64,000 bases of DNA from Eledone cirrhosa (Eukaryota), in contig OZ024747.1 of assembly GCA_964016885.1 (NCBI GenBank), positions 20,646,001 through 20,710,000 on the forward strand, given 5' to 3'. The first letter of the stretch is position 1, and every line of letters begins with the position of its first letter. Made by a program: the position numbers and the translations under genes. Positions 20,701-29,897 of this stretch are shown piece by piece. Under the pieces are notes generated by a model. It was given only the letters and a program-made list of their open reading frames with translations, was not told the DNA's origin and did not search any database.

Positions 20701-21212
20701 ACAACTTCCAGAAATCTCTGGCCTGGCAGTGCTACCGAGGAGCCTTGCCAGTTCGGGATAAACTCTACAGGCATGGAGGTGCCGTCAGCCGGGCATGTCC
20801 GAGATGCGCGCAGGGCGACGAAACCGTCCTGCACGCACTCGTCCAGTGTCCGAAAATTGCTGACTTGTGGGTTTATGTCGAACACCTGCTGTCGCGTTTA
20901 GGACGGATCCAGCTATCATCTGAGTCTATCGTGAGGATTGCCCCGCCCTCCTCCTTTAGCCGGGAAGGGCAGGCAGTTTTTATCTGTCTGGTGGCCATGG
21001 CGAAAGAGATAGTATGGTGGACACGTTTGAAAGGGCTGAAGACGAGCACTTACCTCTTCGGTGATGCTCTGATTGACTTTTTCAAATTTCATTTGAAAAG
21101 GAAAATCAGAGTAGAGAAGGAAGTGCTCTCTTCCCAGCATTTTGTTGAAAGATGGGTGAGAGAAGCAAGAATGGCCCGAGTGAATGGGCCGACTCTGAGT
21201 ATATATCTGTAA
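17793..21212 (+). CDS. LINE ORF2 (APE-RT-zinc finger), copy 3
   Basis: 1139 aa, intact. Confidence 0.97.
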   Translation: MTSLRIGSINARGLGSSWKQGHLLNDLRSLNIDVVAISETRISEARAFAPIFGGYDVYASPSRPGSGGGVAVLFRRGLDLAIRAIFLDPEGKLVVLDVTSGDGQAFRLVAVYAPTGAGRPDFFRRLETFLGTSRSLVLVGDWNGILDARWDCVGLADRGGGCKSLTNLLRRFELSDRYRLDFPNVPMWTWTNRIGSSRSYLDRVFCREIDRSSIGCPQFKIVSYTDHKFVICVLDLDRLHRRGPGYWKLNASLPARKAYRDRISELVKRALTGAIVNNKWWFALKRAIRIESIRFSKALAIEKNRAEGELVRKLDEALSKGIATDVLAAKLALDQFFNAKHEGCVVRARVRALRHEGTKAVQWARVAEARRGNKATIRSLVDHDGRMLLDPGQMCEAFQRHFAQLFGGSGGPGRGMDFSVYLDGLPRLSATEAKCCEKPITAAEVREAMTGCTRGKSPGLDGLPYELYVQMPDLFGGLLADVYCNWQQNGRIPSSVSRGAVALLRKDPNKGDNIDNFRPITLLNTEFKILAKVLAKRLALVVGGLVGEAQTCAIPDRSIHDNLHLMRYIVERVAREPGTGGSLINLDQSKAFDRVDHRYLAAVLRAAGFGPVFRGWIAAMHSDICSVVRVNGHLSEPFNIMRSVRQGCPLSSLLYVLTLEPLLHKLETLRGVPRELGCGRSVSAYADDVTVVVSNAKHIEAIGTTLREYEAVTGAMINQEKSVGLQLGTWRGRSMPSNSVVGRWTDGPVKLLGVWFGPDLQTDKNWDEVTSRVASLTQKWAERKLSLKGRAEVANAYIASVICYRLTVVPCPKPRLTALERLLFRFLWKGRAPMVRRSICCQHPLRGGLGMPWLMMRRHALRLRHLHLFLDGDQVWSPFARRVFPQLVSLTELQSWVKRRPRGSAWRLECLQALTALDQSGNVIGGNSTSAFYRGLVEGKSDDVLGETLGVDENQLANLFGRTFGPGPMDNFQKSLAWQCYRGALPVRDKLYRHGGAVSRACPRCAQGDETVLHALVQCPKIADLWVYVEHLLSRLGRIQLSSESIVRIAPPSSFSREGQAVFICLVAMAKEIVWWTRLKGLKTSTYLFGDALIDFFKFHLKRKIRVEKEVLSSQHFVERWVREARMARVNGPTLSIYL

Positions 21213-21714
21213 ACTAAAGGTGGAAAACTGGGAGAGGGCACTTGCCTTGGTGGTCAGGGTCATTGTGGCTTTTTACTGGGCTTTCTCCACAAATGTCCCT
21301 CCGAAGTCTCCCCCCTATTGGGGAATTTTTCATTGTTATTTTCATTGTTATTTTTGTTACATCCTCTATTTTTGTTTTTTTACACGCAGAAATGCCCATT
21401 TGTACCGTCCTGCATTGTCCTGCACTGTCCTTAATGTCTACTTTATGTAAACCCTTGTGGTTAATAAAGAAATCATTATTATTATTATTATTATTATTAT
21501 TGAATGCCATGGTTGACGGAGGCTCGGCTCTGTAAGGTATAGTAATTTTTAACCGTTAAAACAATTGTAAATTGTTTAAAACTTGAACCAAATTGTTGAT
21601 AAAGACACCCTCCTCCTCGTGAGAGGGGTCTTTCTGTCCGTTATTTGGCCCTTCGGGGTTAAATAGCCAGTTATTGGGGTTTTGTACCCAAAATTTCATT
21701 TTAAACAAAAAAAC

Positions 21715-23814
21715 ATGGCTACCAAAAAAAAAAAATTTCATACGTCACTCCCACTCATTCCGTCTTCTTCTTCCTCAATCATCACTACAGGAGAGAGAAG
21801 ATTGTCTCTCTCCCTCCCTTCTTTAAATGTGTCTCTCTCCCTACCTTCTCTTTCGCAAGCGACGAAAGAAAAGAAAAGTCTCGTGCAAAGCGTGCAAGGT
21901 TTCTCCACGACGACGACGACAGCGACGAAACAGGTGTGCGGGAAATACGAAAACCCAGTTCATTCGTCTGACGTCAGGAATAATAGCAGTAGCAGCCGTA
22001 ATAACAACAGCAACAGTGACAATGAAAACAACAGTAGCAGCCGCAACAGCATCACCAGCAGCATAAACAACAACACCATTAGCAGCAGCAACACCAACAA
22101 CAACCACAGCAACAGCGGCGGAGGCAGTAGTCGTAGTACCTGCAGCAACAACAAAAGTACCAGCAGCTCTGACGACAACAACAACAGCAGAGAAAAACCA
22201 ATCTCATTTGCAGGTATTGCGAAAAACCTGGAAACAATCCTCATAACAAATGAGGAATTAGAGGAAGCGAAGAAGATGGTGACAAAGAACGGACACCGAG
22301 CAATCTGCAAGGCAGCGAAAAATTTTTTCGAAACCCAAGAGCACTGTACGGTCACGTACCGTACAGTAAGTACAAAATCCCGTAGGGTGGAAAGAGCCAC
22401 AGAGGCCCAAATACAAAAAGCCTTGGGGTCTGTGTGGCAGAGGAAAACGCACATCACCCGAGGCAAAAAATACGCCACCGTAGACGTACTTTTTGCCACA
22501 CCCCAGGAGGCAAAGGCCCAATCAGTAGTGACCCTAAGGAGCGAGGAAATGGTGTTGGTGCCCTCCTACTGCGGGCAAAAAATTGTGAGGGTCAAACTGA
22601 CCCACGTCCCCCCCGGAATGACCCCTTCTTGGCTGGCCGCGTCTGTCCTCGTCGGAATCGAGGACAAAACAACTGTACTGCAAGTACAGAAAAAAGTAAG
22701 AGAAGATTGGGTCGGCTCCTCCATTGAGATGCTAATACAAACCAACCAGGAGTGCATCGAAGCTATCCCGGATGTGATAGACTTCGATAACGGCACTCAA
22801 CTGCCCATAAGTGTTGAGGGCAAACGCCCGAAATGCTTTCGCTGTGGATCGAAGACTCACCTCAGGGCCTTCTGCAACGAGAAGACCCTGAGAAAGGAGA
22901 AAACCCCCCTCCTCCCGAATCCGGTTCCACGGCTACCAGCAACAGGACAAGCGGCAACCAGGAACGATAGGTCCGTGGCACCCATACCCACTCCACGGAA
23001 ATCAAAGACAGCAGCAGCAGTGGAAATATTAACAACAACAACAGCAATACCAAATGCAGCTGCAACAGAGACTCCAGTGCAAACATCACCAACAACAACA
23101 AGTGAAAGAGTGGAGCTGGTACCCCTCCCCGACCTTACAGAATCAGACATGGAGTGTGAGGTGGGAGAGGGATGGCAAAAGGTCTCAAGAAGGCACAAAC
23201 GCAGAAGCAGCGCATCGTCGCCTTTGAAAAGGGAGGAAAGAAATGAGAAAAGGGTAAAGTCTACTGCAAAGAGACCCACAGCAGCAACACCACCAACACC
23301 ATCACCACCCACACCAGCACCACCATCACCACCGGCGACAACCCCACCGCCAACAACACCTTCAACACCACCACCACAAGCACCAACATCGCAAACACAA
23401 CAACAAAACACACACACCCAGCAACAACGACAAGAAAATAGCAGAACCACACCCCACCCCCAGAAAAACAAATGCACGGCAATAAACACACACAACAAGA
23501 AACTAATGACTTACATAATTGAACACACAGACATTTCACAACAGGACTACATAATACCAGCACCAATCAAAACGCCAACTAACATAAGACTGCTAAAAAT
23601 AGCACAGAAACAATACACAAACATTAAAACGAAATTCCCCAACGCAGTTGGTGATTTCAGGGACCTAGGAGGAACCATTAATCGAAGAGTATATTCAGAC
23701 ATTCTCTTAGAAGAGCCGACGACCAGCCGAAGGGACGATTCAACGGTCCCTTCACCAGACGATCAAGTGAAAAGGGATGTAAAAACCATCCCTCCTCTAC
23801 CAAAAATACGGTAA
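21715..23814 (+). CDS. LINE ORF1, copy 4
   Basis: Protein appears identical to copy 2. Confidence 0.9.
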   Translation: MATKKKKFHTSLPLIPSSSSSIITTGERRLSLSLPSLNVSLSLPSLSQATKEKKSLVQSVQGFSTTTTTATKQVCGKYENPVHSSDVRNNSSSSRNNNSNSDNENNSSSRNSITSSINNNTISSSNTNNNHSNSGGGSSRSTCSNNKSTSSSDDNNNSREKPISFAGIAKNLETILITNEELEEAKKMVTKNGHRAICKAAKNFFETQEHCTVTYRTVSTKSRRVERATEAQIQKALGSVWQRKTHITRGKKYATVDVLFATPQEAKAQSVVTLRSEEMVLVPSYCGQKIVRVKLTHVPPGMTPSWLAASVLVGIEDKTTVLQVQKKVREDWVGSSIEMLIQTNQECIEAIPDVIDFDNGTQLPISVEGKRPKCFRCGSKTHLRAFCNEKTLRKEKTPLLPNPVPRLPATGQAATRNDRSVAPIPTPRKSKTAAAVEILTTTTAIPNAAATETPVQTSPTTTSERVELVPLPDLTESDMECEVGEGWQKVSRRHKRRSSASSPLKREERNEKRVKSTAKRPTAATPPTPSPPTPAPPSPPATTPPPTTPSTPPPQAPTSQTQQQNTHTQQQRQENSRTTPHPQKNKCTAINTHNKKLMTYIIEHTDISQQDYIIPAPIKTPTNIRLLKIAQKQYTNIKTKFPNAVGDFRDLGGTINRRVYSDILLEEPTTSRRDDSTVPSPDDQVKRDVKTIPPLPKIR

Positions 23815-23849
23815 GTGGTCTTTCCCATCTTTTCCACTCTATTTTAAAC

Positions 23850-26800
23850 ATGACCTCACTCAGAATAGGCAGCATAAATGCGCGTGGCTTGGGGTCGTCA
23901 TGGAAGCAGGGTCACCTGCTCAACGACCTCAGGTCACTAAACATAGATGTAGTGGCCATCAGCGAGACCAGAATCTCCGAAGCACGGGCCTTCGCACCGA
24001 TCTTCGGCGGCTACGATGTGTACGCATCTCCCAGCCGTCCTGGATCGGGTGGAGGAGTTGCTGTGCTTTTTCGGAGAGGTTTGGATCTCGCCATACGGGC
24101 CATCTTCCTGGACCCAGAGGGTAAGCTGGTGGTGCTGGACGTGACCAGCGGAGACGGGCAAGCTTTCAGGCTAGTGGCCGTCTATGCCCCGACAGGAGCA
24201 GGGCGGCCTGATTTCTTCCGGCGTCTGGAGACCTTTCTTGGAACGTCGCGCTCTTTAGTGTTAGTGGGCGACTGGAACGGGATCTTAGATGCACGCTGGG
24301 ACTGTGTGGGATTAGCGGATAGGGGTGGAGGGTGCAAGAGCCTCACCAACCTGCTCAGGCGTTTTGAACTGTCTGACAGGTACCGATTGGATTTCCCGAA
24401 TGTGCCAATGTGGACTTGGACAAACCGCATAGGGTCATCCAGATCATATCTAGATAGAGTATTTTGTAGGGAAATAGATAGGTCTAGCATAGGCTGTCCA
24501 CAATTCAAGATAGTCAGCTACACGGACCACAAATTCGTGATCTGTGTGCTTGACTTAGATAGGCTTCATAGACGAGGACCCGGCTACTGGAAGCTAAACG
24601 CGTCCTTACCAGCGCGCAAGGCCTACAGAGACCGGATTAGCGAACTAGTTAAGCGGGCGTTGACGGGGGCCATCGTCAACAACAAGTGGTGGTTTGCTCT
24701 GAAAAGAGCGATTAGAATAGAATCGATTAGGTTTAGTAAGGCTTTAGCAATAGAGAAAAATAGAGCAGAGGGAGAACTAGTTAGAAAATTAGACGAGGCG
24801 CTTAGCAAAGGCATTGCGACCGACGTGCTTGCGGCGAAATTGGCCCTTGACCAATTCTTCAATGCAAAGCACGAAGGCTGCGTTGTCAGAGCTAGGGTGC
24901 GTGCTCTCAGACACGAGGGGACGAAAGCCGTTCAATGGGCCCGAGTGGCGGAGGCGCGTCGTGGCAACAAAGCCACGATCCGGTCTTTGGTGGACCACGA
25001 CGGGCGCATGCTACTCGATCCCGGGCAAATGTGTGAAGCTTTTCAGCGACACTTCGCTCAGCTGTTCGGGGGCAGCGGGGGGCCGGGTAGAGGGATGGAC
25101 TTTAGTGTCTACCTCGACGGACTGCCGCGGCTCTCGGCCACTGAGGCGAAGTGTTGCGAAAAGCCGATAACAGCCGCTGAAGTAAGGGAGGCAATGACTG
25201 GCTGCACAAGGGGTAAATCGCCTGGTTTGGATGGTCTGCCCTATGAACTTTACGTACAGATGCCAGACTTGTTCGGAGGCCTCTTGGCGGACGTCTACTG
25301 CAACTGGCAACAGAACGGGAGAATTCCCAGTTCTGTGAGCCGAGGAGCGGTGGCACTGCTGAGAAAGGATCCGAACAAGGGGGATAACATAGACAATTTC
25401 CGGCCCATAACTCTGCTAAACACAGAGTTTAAGATTTTGGCCAAGGTGCTAGCAAAGAGGTTGGCGCTTGTCGTTGGTGGTCTGGTGGGAGAGGCGCAGA
25501 CATGCGCCATTCCCGACAGATCCATCCACGACAACCTCCACCTCATGCGATACATCGTAGAGAGGGTAGCTAGGGAACCTGGCACGGGTGGGTCCTTGAT
25601 CAATTTAGATCAGTCGAAAGCTTTCGATAGGGTCGACCATCGTTACCTAGCGGCAGTCCTGAGGGCGGCTGGCTTTGGGCCCGTCTTCAGAGGCTGGATC
25701 GCTGCCATGCACAGCGACATCTGCTCTGTGGTGAGAGTGAACGGTCACCTGTCGGAACCGTTCAACATCATGCGCTCGGTCCGCCAAGGATGTCCCCTCT
25801 CGTCCCTCTTGTACGTATTGACTCTCGAGCCATTACTGCACAAACTGGAGACGTTGAGGGGAGTCCCGCGCGAACTAGGATGCGGAAGATCCGTGTCAGC
25901 ATATGCGGACGATGTCACCGTAGTGGTGTCGAACGCCAAACACATCGAGGCGATCGGCACTACACTAAGAGAATACGAAGCGGTGACAGGAGCAATGATC
26001 AACCAGGAAAAGTCAGTGGGCCTGCAGCTCGGCACCTGGAGAGGCAGGTCCATGCCGTCCAACAGCGTCGTCGGGCGCTGGACGGACGGACCGGTTAAAT
26101 TGCTAGGGGTCTGGTTCGGTCCGGACCTCCAGACGGACAAAAACTGGGACGAGGTGACGAGCAGGGTGGCTTCTCTCACCCAGAAATGGGCGGAGAGGAA
26201 GCTATCCCTGAAAGGTCGAGCGGAGGTGGCTAACGCGTACATCGCGTCTGTCATCTGCTACCGCCTAACCGTCGTACCTTGTCCTAAGCCTCGCCTGACT
26301 GCGCTGGAGCGTTTGCTCTTTCGCTTTTTGTGGAAGGGACGTGCTCCGATGGTCAGGCGGTCCATCTGTTGTCAACACCCGCTACGTGGAGGGCTGGGCA
26401 TGCCGTGGCTGATGATGCGCAGGCACGCGCTCAGGCTACGACATCTCCACCTCTTCCTCGACGGTGATCAGGTGTGGTCGCCGTTTGCTAGACGCGTTTT
26501 TCCCCAGCTCGTTTCCTTGACGGAGCTGCAGTCCTGGGTCAAGCGAAGACCGAGAGGGAGCGCCTGGAGACTGGAATGTCTTCAGGCGCTCACAGCCCTC
26601 GACCAATCGGGCAATGTGATCGGTGGAAACTCCACCTCGGCGTTCTATAGAGGATTAGTGGAGGGGAAGAGCGACGACGTACTTGGGGAAACTCTAGGCG
26701 TCGACGAAAATCAACTAGCCAATCTCTTCGGAAGAACCTTCGGGCCAGGGCCTATGGACAACTTCCAGAAATCTCTGGCCTGGCAGTGCTACCGAGGAGC

Positions 26801-27269
26801 CTTGCCAGTTCGGGATAAACTCTACAGGCATGGAGGTGCCGTCAGCCGGGCATGTCCGAGATGCGCGCAGGGCGACGAAACCGTCCTGCACGCACTCGTC
26901 CAGTGTCCGAAAATTGCTGACTTGTGGGTTTATGTCGAACACCTGCTGTCGCGTTTAGGACGGATCCAGCTATCATCTGAGTCTATCGTGAGGATTGCCC
27001 CGCCCTCCTCCTTTAGCCGGGAAGGGCAGGCAGTTTTTATCTGTCTGGTGGCCATGGCGAAAGAGATAGTATGGTGGACACGTTTGAAAGGGCTGAAGAC
27101 GAGCACTTACCTCTTCGGTGATGCTCTGATTGACTTTTTCAAATTTCATTTGAAAAGGAAAATCAGAGTAGAGAAGGAAGTGCTCTCTTCCCAGCATTTT
27201 GTTGAAAGATGGGTGAGAGAAGCAAGAATGGCCCGAGTGAATGGGCCGACTCTGAGTATATATCTGTAA
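23850..27269 (+). CDS. LINE ORF2 (APE-RT-zinc finger), copy 4
   Basis: 1139 aa, intact. Confidence 0.97.
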   Translation: MTSLRIGSINARGLGSSWKQGHLLNDLRSLNIDVVAISETRISEARAFAPIFGGYDVYASPSRPGSGGGVAVLFRRGLDLAIRAIFLDPEGKLVVLDVTSGDGQAFRLVAVYAPTGAGRPDFFRRLETFLGTSRSLVLVGDWNGILDARWDCVGLADRGGGCKSLTNLLRRFELSDRYRLDFPNVPMWTWTNRIGSSRSYLDRVFCREIDRSSIGCPQFKIVSYTDHKFVICVLDLDRLHRRGPGYWKLNASLPARKAYRDRISELVKRALTGAIVNNKWWFALKRAIRIESIRFSKALAIEKNRAEGELVRKLDEALSKGIATDVLAAKLALDQFFNAKHEGCVVRARVRALRHEGTKAVQWARVAEARRGNKATIRSLVDHDGRMLLDPGQMCEAFQRHFAQLFGGSGGPGRGMDFSVYLDGLPRLSATEAKCCEKPITAAEVREAMTGCTRGKSPGLDGLPYELYVQMPDLFGGLLADVYCNWQQNGRIPSSVSRGAVALLRKDPNKGDNIDNFRPITLLNTEFKILAKVLAKRLALVVGGLVGEAQTCAIPDRSIHDNLHLMRYIVERVAREPGTGGSLINLDQSKAFDRVDHRYLAAVLRAAGFGPVFRGWIAAMHSDICSVVRVNGHLSEPFNIMRSVRQGCPLSSLLYVLTLEPLLHKLETLRGVPRELGCGRSVSAYADDVTVVVSNAKHIEAIGTTLREYEAVTGAMINQEKSVGLQLGTWRGRSMPSNSVVGRWTDGPVKLLGVWFGPDLQTDKNWDEVTSRVASLTQKWAERKLSLKGRAEVANAYIASVICYRLTVVPCPKPRLTALERLLFRFLWKGRAPMVRRSICCQHPLRGGLGMPWLMMRRHALRLRHLHLFLDGDQVWSPFARRVFPQLVSLTELQSWVKRRPRGSAWRLECLQALTALDQSGNVIGGNSTSAFYRGLVEGKSDDVLGETLGVDENQLANLFGRTFGPGPMDNFQKSLAWQCYRGALPVRDKLYRHGGAVSRACPRCAQGDETVLHALVQCPKIADLWVYVEHLLSRLGRIQLSSESIVRIAPPSSFSREGQAVFICLVAMAKEIVWWTRLKGLKTSTYLFGDALIDFFKFHLKRKIRVEKEVLSSQHFVERWVREARMARVNGPTLSIYL

Positions 27270-27771
27270 ACTAAAGGTGGAAAACTGGGAGAGGGCACTT
27301 GCCTTGGTGGTCAGGGTCATTGTGGCTTTTTACTGGGCTTTCTCCACAAATGTCCCTCCGAAGTCTCCCCCCTATTGGGGAATTTTTCATTGTTATTTTC
27401 ATTGTTATTTTTGTTACATCCTCTATTTTTGTTTTTTTACACGCAGAAATGCCCATTTGTACCGTCCTGCATTGTCCTGCACTGTCCTTAATGTCTACTT
27501 TATGTAAACCCTTGTGGTTAATAAAGAAATCATTATTATTATTATTATTATTATTATTGAATGCCATGGTTGACGGAGGCTCGGCTCTGTAAGGTATAGT
27601 AATTTTTAACCGTTAAAACAATTGTAAATTGTTTAAAACTTGAACCAAATTGTTGATAAAGACACCCTCCTCCTCGTGAGAGGGGTCTTTCTGTCCGTTA
27701 TTTGGCCCTTCGGGGTTAAATAACCAGTTATTGGGGTTTTGTACCCAAAATTTGATTTTAAACAAAAAAAC

Positions 27772-29862
27772 ATGGCTACCAAAAAGAAATTTCATACGTC
27801 ACTCCCACTCATTCCGTCTTCTTCTTCCTCAATCATCACTACAGCAGAGAGAAGATTGTCTCTCTCCCTCCCTTCTTTAAATGTGTCTCTCTCCCTCCCT
27901 TCTCTTTCGCAAGCGACGAAAGAAAAGAAAAGTCTCGTGCAAAGCGTGCAAGGTTTCTCCACGACGACGACGACAGCGACGAAACAGGTGTGCGGGAAAT
28001 ACGAAAACCCAGTTCATTCGTCTGACGTCAGGAATAATAGCAGTAGCAGCCGTAATAACAACAGCAACAGTGACAATGAAAACAACAGTAGCAGCCGCAA
28101 CAGCATCACCAGCAGCATAAACAACAACAGCATTAGCAGCAGCAACACCAACAACAACCACAGCAACAGCGGCGGAGGCAGTAGTCGTAGTACCTGCAGC
28201 AACAACAAAAGTACCAGCAGCTCTGACGACAACAACAACAGCAGAGAAAAACCAATCTCATTTGCAGGTATTGCGAAAAACCTGGAAACAATCCTCATAA
28301 CAAATGAGGAATTAGAGGAAGCGAAGAAGATGGTGACAAAGAACGGACACCGAGCAATCTGCAAGGCAGCGAAAAATTTTTTCGAAACCCAAGAGCACTG
28401 TACGGTCACGTACCGTACAGTAAGTACAAAATCCCGTAGGGTGGAAAGAGCCACAGAGGCCCAAATACAAAAAGCCTTGGGGTCTGTGTGGCAGAGGAAA
28501 ACGCACATCACCCGAGGCAAAAAATACGCCACCGTAGACGTACTTTTTGCCACACCCCAGGAGGCAAAGGCCCAATCAGTAGTGACCCTAAGGAGCGAGG
28601 AAATGGTGTTGGTGCCCTCCTACTGCGGGCAAAAAATTGTGAGGGTCAAACTGACCCACGTCCCCCCCGGAATGACCCCTTCTTGGCTGGCCGCGTCTGT
28701 CCTCGTCGGAATCGAGGACAAAACAACTGTACTGCAAGTACAGAAAAAAGTAAGAGAAGATTGGGTCGGCTCCTCCATTGAGATGCTAATCCAAACCAAC
28801 CAGGAGTGCATCGAAGCTATCCCGGATGTGATAGACTTCGATAACGGCACTCAACTGCCCATAAGTGTTGAGGGCAAACGCCCGAAATGCTTTCGCTGTG
28901 GATCGAAGACTCACCTCAGGGCCTTCTGCAACGAGAAGACCATGAGAAAGGAGAAAACCCCCCTCCTCCCGAATCCGGTTCCACGGCTACCAGCAACAGG
29001 ACAAGCGGCAACCAGGAACGATAGGTCCGTGGCACCCATACCCACTCCACGGAAATCAAAGACAGCAGCAGCAGTGGAAATATTAACAACAACAACAGCA
29101 ATACCAAATGCAGCTGCAACAGAGACTCCAGTGCAAACATCACCAACAACAACAAGTGAAAGAGTGGAGCTGGTACCCCTCCCCGACCTTACAGAATCAG
29201 ACATGGAGTGTGAGGTGGGAGAGGGATGGCAAAAGGTCTCAAGAAGGCACAAACGCAGAAGCAGCGCATCGTCGCCTTTGAAAAGGGAGGAAAGAAATGA
29301 GAAAAGGGTAAAGTCTACTGCAAAGAGACCCACAGCAGCAACACCACCAACACCATCACCACCCACACCAGCACCACCATCACCACCGGCGACAACCCCA
29401 CCGCCAACAACACCTTCAACACCACAAGCACCAACATCGCAAACACAACAACAAAACACACACACCCAGCAACAACGACAAGAAAATAGCAGAACCACAC
29501 CCCACCCCCAGAAAAACAAATGCACGGCAATAAACACACACAACAAGAAACTAATGACTTACATAATTGAACACACAGACATTTCACAACAGGACTACAT
29601 AATACCAGCACCAATCAAAACGCCAACTAACATAAGACTGCTAAAAATAGCACAGAAACAATACACAAACATTAAAACGAAATTCCCCAACGCAGTTGGT
29701 GATTTCAGGGACCTAGGAGGAACCATTAATCGAAGAGTATATTCAGACATTCTCTTAGAAGAGCCGACGACCAGCCGAAGGGACGATTCAACGGTCCCTT
29801 CACCAGACGATCAAGTGAAAAGGGATGTAAAAACCATCCCTCCTCTACCAAAAATACGGTAA
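27772..29862 (+). CDS. LINE ORF1, copy 5 (696 aa)
   Basis: Intact; lacks two Pro residues (STPQ versus STPPPQ). Confidence 0.9.
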   Translation: MATKKKFHTSLPLIPSSSSSIITTAERRLSLSLPSLNVSLSLPSLSQATKEKKSLVQSVQGFSTTTTTATKQVCGKYENPVHSSDVRNNSSSSRNNNSNSDNENNSSSRNSITSSINNNSISSSNTNNNHSNSGGGSSRSTCSNNKSTSSSDDNNNSREKPISFAGIAKNLETILITNEELEEAKKMVTKNGHRAICKAAKNFFETQEHCTVTYRTVSTKSRRVERATEAQIQKALGSVWQRKTHITRGKKYATVDVLFATPQEAKAQSVVTLRSEEMVLVPSYCGQKIVRVKLTHVPPGMTPSWLAASVLVGIEDKTTVLQVQKKVREDWVGSSIEMLIQTNQECIEAIPDVIDFDNGTQLPISVEGKRPKCFRCGSKTHLRAFCNEKTMRKEKTPLLPNPVPRLPATGQAATRNDRSVAPIPTPRKSKTAAAVEILTTTTAIPNAAATETPVQTSPTTTSERVELVPLPDLTESDMECEVGEGWQKVSRRHKRRSSASSPLKREERNEKRVKSTAKRPTAATPPTPSPPTPAPPSPPATTPPPTTPSTPQAPTSQTQQQNTHTQQQRQENSRTTPHPQKNKCTAINTHNKKLMTYIIEHTDISQQDYIIPAPIKTPTNIRLLKIAQKQYTNIKTKFPNAVGDFRDLGGTINRRVYSDILLEEPTTSRRDDSTVPSPDDQVKRDVKTIPPLPKIR

Positions 29863-29897
29863 GTGGTCTTTCCCATCTTTTCCACTCTATTTTAAAC

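Larger units (their letters stand above)
15445..21501 (+). mobile_element. Full-length Tx1-like LINE, copy 3 (intact)
   Basis: 6057 bp, (ATT)9 tail, near-identical to copy 2. Confidence 0.96.
21502..27558 (+). mobile_element. Full-length Tx1-like LINE, copy 4 (intact)
   Basis: 6057 bp, (ATT)9 tail, near-identical to copies 2 and 3. Confidence 0.96.
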
